Of a DNA stretch of 64,000 nucleotides, positions 52,505-64,000 are shown piece by piece. The DNA lies in assembly GCA_951406725.2 (NCBI GenBank), contig OX597821.1, forward strand, positions 54,374,001 to 54,438,000, written 5' to 3'. The notes under the pieces were generated by a model, which made no database searches, was not told where the DNA came from, and saw only the letters and a program-made list of their open reading frames with translations. The DNA comes from Octopus vulgaris. Lineage: Eukaryota. Each line of letters opens with the position of its first letter. Position 1 is the stretch's first letter. The position numbers and the translations under genes were made by a program.

Positions 52505-52679
52505 TCTTTAATTTGTTTCAGTCAATAGATTATGGTCAAGCTGGAGCAACAACTTGAAGGAATTTTTTTTTTATGAATTGACCTCAGTATTTAATTTCAT
52601 TAAGCCAGGTACTTAAACGCACTAACATTTGCTTGTGGAAGTGTGTTGAAGGAACACACACACACACATACATACATAC

Positions 52680-52757
<78 letters not shown>

Positions 52758-52918
52758 ATAGGCTTCTTTCAGTTTCCATCTACCAAATCCACTCACAAGG
52801 CTTTGGCTGGCCTGAGACTATAGGTAAAGACACTTGCACAAAGTGCCACAGAATTGGACTGAACCTGGAACAATCTGGTTTGGAAGCAGTCTTCTTATCA
52901 TACACCCACACTTGCACT
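52505..52918 (-). mobile_element. SINE family B, decayed, tail-to-tail with the previous copy
   Basis: TTGTTTCAGTCAATAG...TTTCAGTTTCCATCTACCAAATCCACTCACAAGGC. Confidence 0.75.
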
Positions 52919-54217
52919 TATTTCTCATGTTATTTTTTTCTTTTCTTTTCTTTTTTTATTTGTAAACAGGAGAGTGAAAGGAAATTATATACAACCAATT
53001 TCTGTAGTTATATTTATAAGCACAATCTTTTCCAATTTTTCCCAAATTTAATTTCTATATTCCTCAGCTTGACAATAAAAACCGATAGCACAGAAGCTGA
53101 CTAAATCTGATGTAACAATTGTCAGATCTACATTATTTACAATACATTAAAATCTATTTGCCAGGAAATTCAACAGTAATGAAATCAGACAGCAAAATAT
53201 TTTTCACTCCACTGTCTATAGATAGTTCTGCTTATTATTGTTGATAGTTTATTAACAAAACCAAATCTAATTTTATTGACATTTTCGTTTTGTAAAAATA
53301 GCTGAGATTTTACTAATAAACAATAATTAACTGTATGTAGTGTATACACTCATTGTTATTTAATATTTTCTTTATTAAATTGTGTATTTATTATTCTTAG
53401 TTTTGTTCACTGTTACCTTCTGAAAGTCAAAATGAGAGAAAATTAATGAAAACAATCTCAAATTTGCTAACTTATTAATGAAATTAGTCAGTTTTATAGT
53501 TCTCACAATTTTACTTCTCAAAAGACTTATCAATGAGGTGATTAAAATTTCAATATAAAATTAATGGGATGGGGGAGGAGGTTTTGATAAATGAACCTCT
53601 GGTCAGCTTTGATTGAGTACACTAATATGCATACATACGTAAACAAACACACACACATGCATGTGTCTGTGTATGTATATATACACATGCATACATATGA
53701 ATATATATTTATCAACACACACACACACATATATTTATCTACACATACACATATTTATCTACACACACATACACATATATATATGCACATACATATATAT
53801 ATGTATGTATATACACACAAATATATAGATTTTTCAGGGGCCAGACTCACATCCTGTCACAGGACAGTTTTTCCATACTTGCACGGACAAGACAGAGTTT
53901 GTTGAGGTAGATTTTTCAGGAGCCAGACTCACATCCTGTCACAGGACAGTTGTTTCCAAAGCAAGGCAATATCTTTCTAGGGCTGTTGGAAATGAATGGC
54001 ATCACTTGTAAGATGGTGACATTTCTTTGCAACTATTATGCAATGTCAAAACAGGGCAACACAGACACACACGTATGTATATATGATTATGTATGTATGT
54101 ATGTATGTATGTATGTATGTATGTATGTATGTATGTATGTATGTATGTATGTATGTATGAGTGAGTGTGTGTGTCATTTAAATAACTTAGATATGTTTCA
54201 ACCAAAGATGCCTATGT

Positions 54218-54514
54218 CTAACTTAATAACACCACTTGATAGGATTTCTTAAATCCTTTCTGAAACAAGTTTTGTGGTATCATGGCCCATTCATGTAGGG
54301 AGTTCTTGTTGGGTGAGTCATGTCCAGGTACAGGTGGCTTATCTGGTACCCCTTGACGAAATTTGTTCACATTCTGTTCAAAGGTGATGGGATCTTTTTC
54401 CTCTTTGATATGTTTTCGGACAATATTAATTAAGGCAGGGCCTGTTGAATGAAAAAAATTGTATTGCAGTATATTTATGTTGTGATCATGAATTGAGTAG
54501 GGGATGCATGGCAC
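54218..54514 (-). mobile_element. CR1/L2-group LINE C-terminal remnant
   Basis: GPALINIV...FEQNVNKFRQGVPDKP...NSL parallels GPQLFNIL...FKMKLDLFLSGVPDEP...NSL at 33488-33754. Confidence 0.7.
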
Positions 54515-54649
54515 ATTGTTCTAGCCTTCAATGAATACTTGGATGAATGTATGTATATGTATGTATGTATGTATATGTGTGTGTGTATATATATATTTAT
54601 ATATATACCTATACATACATACATTTATATATATATACACAAATACACA

Positions 54650-54700
<51 letters not shown>

Positions 54701-54710
<10 letters not shown>

Positions 54711-55020
54711 TTAGAGACAAAACCACTATTTTGCAAAACAAACAAGGAAAGACTTAATCAATACATAAAATTTTAATAAAAAGTAAAAAAACCGCCACTA
54801 CAATTGTTTCATGTCCTCAATGACAATCTTCAGGTGGATTTCCGATTTTCAAATCAGTTTATTAAAATTTTATGTATTGATTAAGTCTTTCCTTGTTTGT
54901 TTTACAAAATAGTGGTTTTGTCTCTAATTAATATTATATAATATTTTACTATAAAATTGGATTTAATCCTAAATCTGATTTTTTCCCTGTAAATTTGGAT
55001 TTATTCCCTAATATTTATTA
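54701..55020 (-). mobile_element. Hairpin cassette in (TA)n with a hammerhead ribozyme in the loop
   Basis: Arms 54701-54780 and 54858-54937 are near-perfect inverted repeats; the tail is 54938-55020. Confidence 0.85.
54795..54837 (-). ncRNA. Minimal type I hammerhead ribozyme
   Basis: CCAC-CTGAAGA-TTGTC-ATTGAG-GACAT-GAAAC-AATT-GTA-GTGG: stem I CCAC/GTGG, palindromic stem III ACAATTGT, GUA triplet. Confidence 0.8.
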
Positions 55021-55042
55021 TATATATATATATATATATATA

Positions 55043-55256
55043 CAGTATTCCCTTGCTATAGCGTGGTTCACCTATTGCAGTTCATTATTTAAGCTTATGT
55101 CGATTCCTCTGTGATGTTGTTTTGCATTTAAATAAAATAAATATATACAAATCATAAAAATAATTAAAAAATTATACATTACAGTACTGTTTCTACTTCA
55201 CTGATTTTCATCCAGCGGCAGATGTTTTGGCACATAACACCTACGATAGTCAAGGG

Positions 55257-55262
<6 letters not shown>
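55043..55262. mobile_element. pogo/Tigger-like MITE in (TA)n
   Basis: Ends TA|CAGTATTCCCTTGCTATAGCGTGG and CCTACGATAGTCAAGGG resemble decayed Tigger-type TIRs. Confidence 0.55.
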
Positions 55263-55290
<28 letters not shown>

Positions 55291-55306
<16 letters not shown>

Positions 55307-55548
55307 ATATTAGGGAATAAATCCAAATTTACAGGGAAAAACTCAGATTTAGGATTAAATCCAATTTTATAGTAAATTAAATTAAAACAGATTAGGAGAT
55401 CGAAAATCCATCTGACGAATGTCATTGAAGACATGAAACGATTGTAGTGGCGGTTTATTTCTTTATATTAAAAATTTTTATGTATTGATTAAGTCTTTCC
55501 TTGTTTGTTTTGCAAAATAGTGGTTTTGTCTCGAATTAATATTATATA

Positions 55549-55550
<2 letters not shown>
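55291..55550 (+). mobile_element. Second copy of the 54701-55020 family, opposite orientation, one arm missing
   Basis: Inverted tail 55291-55377, hammerhead 55408-55450, arm ~55465-55547, with (TA)n on both sides. Confidence 0.85.
55408..55450 (+). ncRNA. Minimal type I hammerhead ribozyme
   Basis: CCAT-CTGACGA-ATGTC-ATTGAA-GACAT-GAAAC-GATT-GTA-GTGG: perfect 5-bp stem II and intact core. Confidence 0.82.
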
Positions 55551-55594
<44 letters not shown>

Positions 55595-55642
55595 TACACA
55601 CACACACATACAATTCAATAAGTGAAAGTTAAGACACAAAAG

Positions 55643-55683
<41 letters not shown>

Positions 55684-55687
<4 letters not shown>

Positions 55688-56103
55688 TTTTATTCTTTTA
55701 CTTGTTTCAGTCATTTGACTGCAGCCATGCTGGAGCACCACCTTTAGTCAAGCAAATTGACCCCAGGACTTATTCTTTGTAAGCTTAGTACTTATTCTAT
55801 CGGTCTCTTTTGTCGAACTGCTAAGTTAAGGGGACATAAACATACCTCCATCGGTTGTCAAGCAATGTCGGCAGGGGGGACAAACATTGACACACAAACA
55901 CACACACATACACATATATATATATATAAACATATATACAATGGGCTTCTTTCAGTTTCCATCTACTAAATCTAAATCCACTAACCAGGCCTTGGTCAGC
56001 CCAAGGCTATAGTAGAAGACACCTGCCCAAGGTGCCACACAGTGGAACTGAACCTGGCACCATGTGGTTGGTAAGCAAGCTACTTACCACACAGCCACTC
56101 CTG
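55684..56103 (-). mobile_element. SINE family B, full length
   Basis: Reverse complement collinear with 18481-18897. Confidence 0.9.
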
Positions 56104-56129
56104 ATATATATATAAATATAATCTCTTAG

Positions 56130-56430
56130 CTTTTGTTTGTTTCAGCCATTTGACTAGCAGCCATGCTGGACTACCACCTTGAAGAATTTTAGTTTATCAA
56201 ATTGAGTACTGTATTTTCTTTTATTGCTTTTACTTGTTTCTATCATTTGATTGTGGCCATGCTGGAGCACCAGTTTTAGTTGAACAAATCAACCACAGGA
56301 CTTCTTCCTTTTAAGTCTACTACTTATTCTATCAGTCACCTTTGCTGAACTACGAAGTTACTGGGATGCAAACACACTAACATCGTTTGTCAAGCAATGA
56401 TGGTGAGGACAAACACAGACACACAAATAT
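56130..56430 (-). mobile_element. SINE family B 3' fragments (two tandem tails)
   Basis: Two successive TTGTTTC..CATTTGA...GCCATGCTGGA blocks. Confidence 0.7.
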
Positions 56431-56438
56431 ATACATAC

Positions 56439-56516
<78 letters not shown>

Positions 56517-57061
56517 GTAAATATAATATGTGACAACATTTCCATCAAGATAAGAATATACTAAGAATATATAAGTGTATACTAAAAATAAAAATACATA
56601 TATACTAAAAATAAATAAATATATATAGGGGATAAAAAAGCGCATATCAAACAGAGGTGAGCAATGCCTGTGCAGAGGTTTATGTCCAATAAGGCTTGCT
56701 CGACACCTCATAGACAATACCTTATTGACATTATCCAGAGACAAGCTGGAGCAAGATATATGGTGTCAATATGAGTTGCAGGATCAGGGATGTGGGAGCC
56801 CCATGATCTCTAGCACAAACCAAAGATCCCCAAAATGTCCGATGCCATTTCTTGCATATCCTCCTAGAGACCTGCTTTAGCAGAAGCTGAGGGGTGCCTC
56901 ACTTCCAGCAGTCTTTCAGCACGCCTGACACCATCCTGGAATTTCTGCATACCCATGATATTGCTACATAGCTGTTAAGCCTGCACTAAGTTCATCGGAT
57001 CTTTCAACAGGTTAGGTCACTTATGTCAGGTCATTTACGAGGCACTCATAAGTGCTACTGG

Positions 57062-57177
57062 TATCATGGAATCCAATACAACCTGTTGCATGGTTGGGTT
57101 GCCGGCAACTAAACTGGCACACACACCAGGCTATACTGGTGTGGAGGGTTGCTAGAAACCCAGCAGGATTAAGAACA

Positions 57178-57180
<3 letters not shown>
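57062..57180 (+). mobile_element. 5' fragment of the RTE-related non-coding family, with an HDV-like fold
   Basis: TATCAT-GGAAT-CCAAT-ACA-ACCTGT-TGC-ATGGTT-GGG-TTGCCGGCAA-CTAA-ACTGG, related to 17951-18006. Confidence 0.55.
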
Positions 57181-57213
<33 letters not shown>

Positions 57214-58905
57214 GCACACACACACACACACAGATATGCATCTATGTACATATGTAAACTCATAACAATACATAATGGAAAAATGATAAACAGACAGACA
57301 GGGAGAGATTTACAGGAAGAATTAAATGAGCACAAATGAACATGCACAAATCTATCATTTGATTTAGATAGTAAATAGGTAATGCATGAAAGAAAATAAA
57401 GCACCTTATGGCCTTAAATAACAAACTGAGAGAGACAAAAGAAAGCTAGATCTTGTTGCTAGGAGAGCTGAGAAAAAAATGTGAACTAATTCAGAGGAGA
57501 GAAAGTGGTAGTGAGTGACAATAGGAACACTGACTGTTTAGGAATGAGATAAAGCTGGTGGTAGGTGAGACAGCAAGAGATAGATAGGAAGAGTGGGGGT
57601 ATGGAGAAGGCTGTAATTTAGTTGTTGAGAGAATCGAATACAAGTGAGAGAGAATGGAAGGGACAATTAGCAAGAAAGAAGTATGTAAATAGAAGGAAAG
57701 ATGAACAAAGAGAAGAAAAGCATATTCATGGTCACTGATTAAAAATCCCCACTGTTGAGAATGGTAAAGTTGAGAATGATAACTGTATTTTGCTACAAAT
57801 GATATTCCATGAAAAGAAAAAAATTGTGGAGATGGACAAGAAAAGTTATGAGAAAAACAGAACGTAGCTCAGCTGGACTTGCATAAGTCTGATCATTTCA
57901 TTAGTTGTCCTTTTCTCTCCAAATACTATCCAATTAACTATCAAAGTCGAAAAACAAATTCTTCTTATCATTATTCATTTCCTTTTGTATTTTTCCATCT
58001 TAAAACTTATTGTGTAATGCTGCACCATTTATTTCTCTGTTCATTTCATATTATATCTACCTTTTCTGTTGTTCCCTCATTTTGTCTTTTATTATTTTTA
58101 ATTGCCTTTACTATTTTTCCCAATATTATTTGTGACACAATGCAGTTAGCTTTTCCAACCCTATGGTTCTCAACATATTATATACACATGAATATACTCA
58201 CAGCTGTGTATATGTAGAACTATAACCTGGCAAAGAGTAGTAACCACCTCTTATCATGAGTATCCCGGTTTTAGAATTGGAACATTGTATCACAGTATGT
58301 CACAGGGTGTAGTTGAAAGTGTTAGCAATAAAAAGGGCACCTAGCCATAAATAACACCCTGATGACGATGATGATTATGACAATGATGATGGTAGTGGTG
58401 GTGATGAGGAGGAGAAGGAGGGTTCCAGTGATGATGATGATGATGGTGATGATGAGCTTCCTCAAATAACACCTCTACCTGTTTTAGAATAAAACTAGTA
58501 GATATATCAGATGGATGAAAACAAAAACAAATCAAATGTGAATAAGAGTGAATGGTCACGACTGGATTGTTTTGATCTTAAATTTTCTCAATCAATTAAT
58601 TGTTTAACCTCAGGCTTATCCGAGGTTAAATAACAATAATATAAATATATATAAAGAAATATAAAAACAATATAATTTTATAATCTCCTTTAAAGCATTA
58701 ATGGATAGTACGCTACAATTATTTTTTATTGTCATCACCTATTGAAGTCACTTGGTAACCAAAGCAAATAATTCTTAGTTAAACACCAGTTTGATTAATA
58801 ACAAAATTGATTTTTAATTGAATTTACAAATTGTTTATGGTCACACTGTATAATAGCACTCAACTGAAAGGACTGTTTGTTCTCAATATATTAGCATTTA
58901 TATAT

Positions 58906-59167
58906 AGGCGCATGTGTGGCTATGTGGTAGAAAGTTTGCTTTACAAGTACATGGTTCTAGGTTCAGTGCCCCAACTATAGACCTGGGTCAACCAATGCCT
59001 TATGAATAGATTTGAGAGAGAGAAACTGAAGCTTGCTTCCCAACCACATGGTTCCGGGTTCAGTCCCACTGTGTGGTATCTTGGGCAAGTGTCTTCTTTT
59101 ATAAACCCAAGCTGACCAAGGCCTTGTGGGTGGATTTGGTTAATGGAAACTGAAAGAAGCCTATCAA

Positions 59168-59198
<31 letters not shown>

Positions 59199-60065
59199 CT
59201 ACATATGTGGAAAATTCTGTGTGTGTGTGTGTGTGTTTGTGGGGTTGTTAGCTAACTCCTACATTGTTTTATCAATTCTGATGAAACTTGACACATGAGT
59301 AGAATTCGTGTCTGGAAACCTCATGGCAGACTCAGATTGTTGAAAAAATTCAGCAGTAGGGCCCCTCGAAAGGATCCTTATATATCTAATATATTTCATT
59401 TTAACAGTCAAGGGAAATAACCTATTCGCCCAGATTTTAATAGACAAGGGAAATAACCCATTCATTTTCCTAAATCATTTGGTATAAATCAAATTGAGTA
59501 TGCTTATTTCTTAGTTTTTGAGCTGTTAGAGTTATTTTCACAATTTATGCAGTACAACCCTTAAACAAGTAAATAATTATTTCTTTTACTTGTTAAAATA
59601 ATTATTTCTTTTAGTTGTTAATATAAAATATATTAGTTATATATAAGGATCCCTTCCAGGAGCCCTATTATCGATTTTGTTTCAACAATCTGAGTATGCC
59701 ATGAGGTTTCCAGACATGAATTCTACTCAAGTTTCATCAATAAAATCAATAAAATGATGTAGGAGGAGTTAGCTAAGAACTCCGCAAACAAATACACCCC
59801 CAGACAGAATTTCCCATATATGTAGTATATATATATATATATATGTCTATATTTGTGTGTCTGTGTTTGTCCCACCACCATTGCTTGACAACCAATGTTG
59901 GTGAGTTTACGTCCCTGTGACTTCATGGTTTGGCGATAAAAGAGACTGATAGAATAAATACTAGACTTACAAAGAATAAGTCCTGGGATCGAAATGTCTG
60001 ACTAAATGCGGTGCTCCAGCATGACTGCAGGCAAAATGACTGAAACAAGTAAAAGAACAAAAGAA
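58906..60065 (+). mobile_element. SINE family B with a duplicated head, split by a foldback element
   Basis: Heads at 58906-59030 and 59031-59165; the 3' half is at 59845-60065. Confidence 0.8.
59198..59827. mobile_element. Foldback/MITE with long (~200 bp) imperfect terminal inverted repeats
   Basis: TACTACATATGTGGAAAATTCTGT...GAGTAGAATTCGTGTCTGGAAACCTCATGGCA...GGATCCTTATATA is mirrored at 59640-59827. Confidence 0.85.
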
Positions 60066-60089
60066 TATCTATATAAGTGTGTGTGTGTG

Positions 60090-60345
60090 TGTGTGTATGT
60101 GTGTGTGTGTGTTTGTCCCCCATCACCACTTGACTACTGAAGTTGGCTAGTTTATGTCTCTGTAACTTAAACTTTCAGAAATGTGACCAACAGAAATGGT
60201 ACCAGGTTTTGAAAATAAGTAATGAGGTTGATTCAACAAAATCCCTAAAAATCCTGGGGTCAATTTGATTGGCTAAAATCCTCCAAGGTAGTGTTTCAGC
60301 ATGGCCACAGTCAAATGACTAAAACAAGTAAAAGAATAAAAAAGA
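60090..60345 (+). mobile_element. SINE family B 3' half, decayed
   Basis: CAGCATGGCCACAGTCAAATGACTAAAACAAGTAAAAGA. Confidence 0.75.
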
Positions 60346-61510
60346 ATATTATAACAGGCAGCTCATGATGAGTTTTATGTTGAAAAATCTTCCAAGCATA
60401 GAATCATCAGACATGACTGAATGGAAGAGTATAGCTTAGTTTCTTTATTAGGGAAGGCCTATAATCACCACATCTTAGTTTTGCATCTCTGACATGTTGT
60501 AAAAGGAAAAACATAGAATGAAACTCAGGGATGAAAAAATTATAGTAAAAAGAATAGGATGGCTCTTAAGCCCATCTAAGTTATGATTCCTTAAATTGTT
60601 TTCTTTTACCAATGGTGTTACACATTAGCATTCAAGAGGTAAATATCCATCTCATTTTATTGTGAATGAAAATTTACACTGAAGGGAGAGTAAAGAGTGA
60701 AAAGAGAGAGAGAGAGAGAGAGAAATAGAGATAGGTAAGGGAGGGAGTTTTGAAGGGCATAAAAACACAGCATTGGCAAGATAAATATGGCTGTTGGAGA
60801 AACGCTGCATAGTATAACATCAATGGGAGATGACTGAAAAGTGCACGATCACAGATAGTGGAGGGGGTCACTGGTGAATAGTGTGTTTTTAGTGAGGTTG
60901 GAGGAAATGGAGAAAGTAAGAAAGATTGTTCAGTGAGGTAATATATGGCAGTACAGATGAAGTGGAAGGTTCAAGAGAGATACAGTGCTAGCGGGTATGT
61001 TGGAGGTACATAGGAGTGGAAGCAGTGTTTGAGGGACAAAGGTAGTGAGGGATGAGGAGCTATAATTGGAATAATATGAGGGTGTACAGGGAAAAAAGTA
61101 GAGGTGAAAGGGATGTTCAGTGAAAAATTAAGTGGTAAGGAATGATATTAAGAATGCAGGTGAGAAAGGCAGTTCCAGGGAAAGTGATAACTGGTCACAT
61201 GAACAGGGCTGAAATATGTGCAGTTCTGCTCTCATAAAGTGAATAGTGGTGTAGTCAGAAGAGTGTTGGAGGGGTGGGTATTAGGAAGATGAGTTGTAGA
61301 GGTAAGGCTTGGCAGGGTCAGATATGGTACAGGGCGTAGACATTAAGGATATGCTTTTAGGGCCCAATTTTGCTGGGATGAACATCTGCATAAATACACT
61401 GGAATAACTTAGGAGAAACTCCCAACAAAAGATTAAAATATAACCTTACAGATTGAATAAAACTCTCTTGTTGTTTTATTATGCTTGGAGATGGTCATAT
61501 TTTACCAACT

Positions 61511-61818
61511 AGGCACATGGCCTAGTGGTTAGAGCAGCGGACTCACAGTCGAGGGATCATGGGTTCAAATCTCAAACCAGGTGATGTGTGTGTTTATGAG
61601 TGAAACACCTAAGCTCCACGTGGCTCCAGCAGAATGTAATGGCGAAACTTCTGCTGACTTTTTCGCCACAACTTTCTCTCACTCTTTCCTCCTGCATCTT
61701 GCAGCTCACCTGCGACGGACTGGCGTCCCGTCCAGGTGAGGAATCTATACACCAAGAAACCGGGAAACCAGCCCTTATGAGCCAAGCATGGCTCGGAGAA
61801 GGAACAAACAACAACAAC
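61511..61818 (+). mobile_element. tRNA-derived SINE (family D) with a V-domain-like segment and (AAC)n tail
   Basis: A box TGGCCTAGTGG, B box GGTTCAAATC, and CCTGCGACGGACTGGCGTCCCGTCCAGG. Confidence 0.8.
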
Positions 61819-62012
61819 TAGACACACACACTATATATTTGGTCTTTGCTTCAGCATTATTATTATTATTATTATTATCTTAGTTTATTTGTCAAAGCTT
61901 TGATGTCAGTGAACTAAGCAGAACAAGAGGAGACAAGTGAGATAGGGAGTTGCTGAAAGGGTCACGGGATGTATGACAAAAGAACTTTGACAAAGAAACT
62001 AAAATAATAATA

Positions 62013-62228
62013 ATCTTTTCTACTCTAGGCAAAAGGCCCGAAATGTTTGGGGAGGGGGCCAGTCAATTAGATCGACTGCAGTACCTAACTGATACCTAAT
62101 TTATCAACCCTGAAAGGATGAAAGGCAAAGTTAACCTCGGCGAAATTTAAACTCAGAACATCAAGACAGACGAAATACTGCTAAGCATTTTGCCCAGCAC
62201 GCTAACAATCCTGCCAGCACACTGCCTT
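62013..62228 (-). mobile_element. SINE family A
   Basis: TTTATCAACCCTGAAAGGATGAAAGGCAAAGTTAACCTCGGCG...ACTGCCTT. Confidence 0.85.
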
Positions 62229-64000
62229 ACTAAAATAATAATAATACAACTGAAGTGAAGACCAGATAAGTAGAGCATGTGTTTAATTGGCAAAATATGA
62301 AACATCCCCTAGTATAGCAATATCTGTTTCAACACACATCAACCATCTTGCAAAACAAATACATTTTACTATTCTTATATTTTGGAACGGTAATGTTTTT
62401 TCTTGCCATATAAACACACACACACACTATATATTCATTTTTTGCTTGTTATTATTGTTCTTATTTTGTGTCCTTTGTCTGGAAATCTTTCATCACACGT
62501 CCTGTGACCTCTTCAGCAACTCTTCCAGCCTACATGTCTCCTCCTTTTCTATTTAGTCCATTGTCTTGCTATGATGTTGATACCTTGTCTGTGCATGTGT
62601 TTGCATCTGTATCTGTGTGTGTGTGTGTGCGTGCGTGTGTGTATGCATGTTTATGTGTTTTTATGTGTTTTGTGTGTGTATTTATGGGTTTGCTTACTAT
62701 ACTGCTTGTAGCTGTACCCTCTATACAGTTTTGTTTTTCCTTCATTTCCTTATTTATCTCTGTATGTATACATATATATATATATAGAAAGAGAGAGAGG
62801 GGGAGATAGATAGAGAGAGAGAGAGAGAGTGTGTGTGTATGAGTATGAAAGAGGAAGAAACATGATAGTTTATTGAACAAACATGATTTACATAAACACT
62901 TTCCTTCTCAAAAACAAAATATACTCACAAAGAGAAAGAGGAAGTGGGGGAACGGATTACTGGAACATTAAAACCAGAGAAACATAAAAATGTCTCACAT
63001 CAAATAAGTAAACATTGAATCAGCAATATCAAATAGGCAGTACTAAAATAAGCTTTGCTAAAATGTCTTACACCTTCATGTCTCACACCCTCAATGGTTG
63101 CTTTTGGCTTTTGGTCTGTGAAGAAATTTTGGTTTGTTTCTTTTTTTAGTTGACATACATATATAGCTTTTGCAGCATTCACTACTGGGATCTTTTGACA
63201 AATTTTCCTATTGGAACTATTTCAATATGTGAACCTTTGCTAACCTCTTTGTCTCTTTTTTTTGACATCTCTGACATGAGGCTCCCATTCACAGCTCAGA
63301 ACATAAGACTACCTTAGAATGTCTGACACATTACACACATTTCTTTTCTCTATTCAATGACCTAGTGTTTAGGATGTTCGACTCCTGATCGTAAGATCAT
63401 GGGTTCAAGTAGATCTGGCCATGCCCGTTAACAAGGGCAAAACCCAGATTTAAAACACTGGATGATGATGATGATGATGATGATGATTACTCCCAGTATA
63501 CTCAGTTGTAATGAGCAGCCAGCTGATTGCTAGTGTAGCTCTCTTTTCCTCCAGCTGTGACATTCTGGATGTTTCATTTGTTCAAAAGCAGGGGAACCAA
63601 AGGAGTATCTCTGTCTACTTGTACATATTATCAAGCTATGTTCACTCACAAGTTATGGCTGACTGTACTCTATGTACTTCAGTTTCCCATAGATTTACAT
63701 TTGTTGAAATATGAAGTATTAGTCTAATAAACAGTGAATATTTTAATCAAAGCAATATTTTTATAATAAATGTATTTTAAATTTTATTAAAGAATTATAA
63801 AATTAGTTCAGAATTAGTAGATGTTTTCAATTTCAAAAGAATAAATGAACGCACAAAAATTGAATACAAAATATTCTTTAATATTTCTTTGATAACTTAA
63901 ATAATTTCAATAACCTTGAATATGTTATAACATTCCTTCATTGAACAATAAATACATTATTTACAAAATCTCTAACCATTGGATTAGGCAGGTTTTATTA

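Noticed and set aside
59278-59312. CTGATGA...GAAT as a hammerhead
   Set aside because: There is no GAAA box and no stem I. The motif is part of the foldback TIR and is altered in the opposite arm.
60740-61330. Highly decayed Penelope/LINE coding remnant (also 57480-57720)
   Set aside because: Only faint motif resemblance; it cannot be supported without a profile search.
63000-63300. piggyBac-like C-terminal fragment (VRHEGVRHF)
   Set aside because: A single short motif that is itself a local duplication; no TTAA/TIR or catalytic region was seen.

Overview
This is AT-rich, repeat-saturated eukaryotic DNA with no confidently identifiable host protein-coding gene, so it is probably intronic or intergenic. 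The SINE families, RTE, CR1-like and R4/Dong LINEs and the dense (TA)n, (CA)n, (TAA)n and (ATC)n tracts suggest an octopus (coleoid cephalopod) genome; this is inferred from family recognition, not from a search. Most ORF-track entries are microsatellite artefacts. The real coding remnants are a frameshifted CR1/L2-group LINE (33.4-36.7 kb), RTE LINEs, R4/Dong-type LINEs in (TAA)n, three Tc1/mariner fragments and a Penelope-type C-terminal fragment. The most interesting signal is a recurring class of short ORF-less cassettes in (TA)n tracts, built as tail'-arm'-loop-arm. Three of them (26.1, 54.8 and 55.4 kb) carry a minimal type I hammerhead ribozyme core in the loop, consistent with Penelope pseudo-LTR or retrozyme-like elements. 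A second non-coding RTE-related family carries a decayed HDV-like ribozyme fold at its 5' end. All coordinates were read by eye and element boundaries are approximate.
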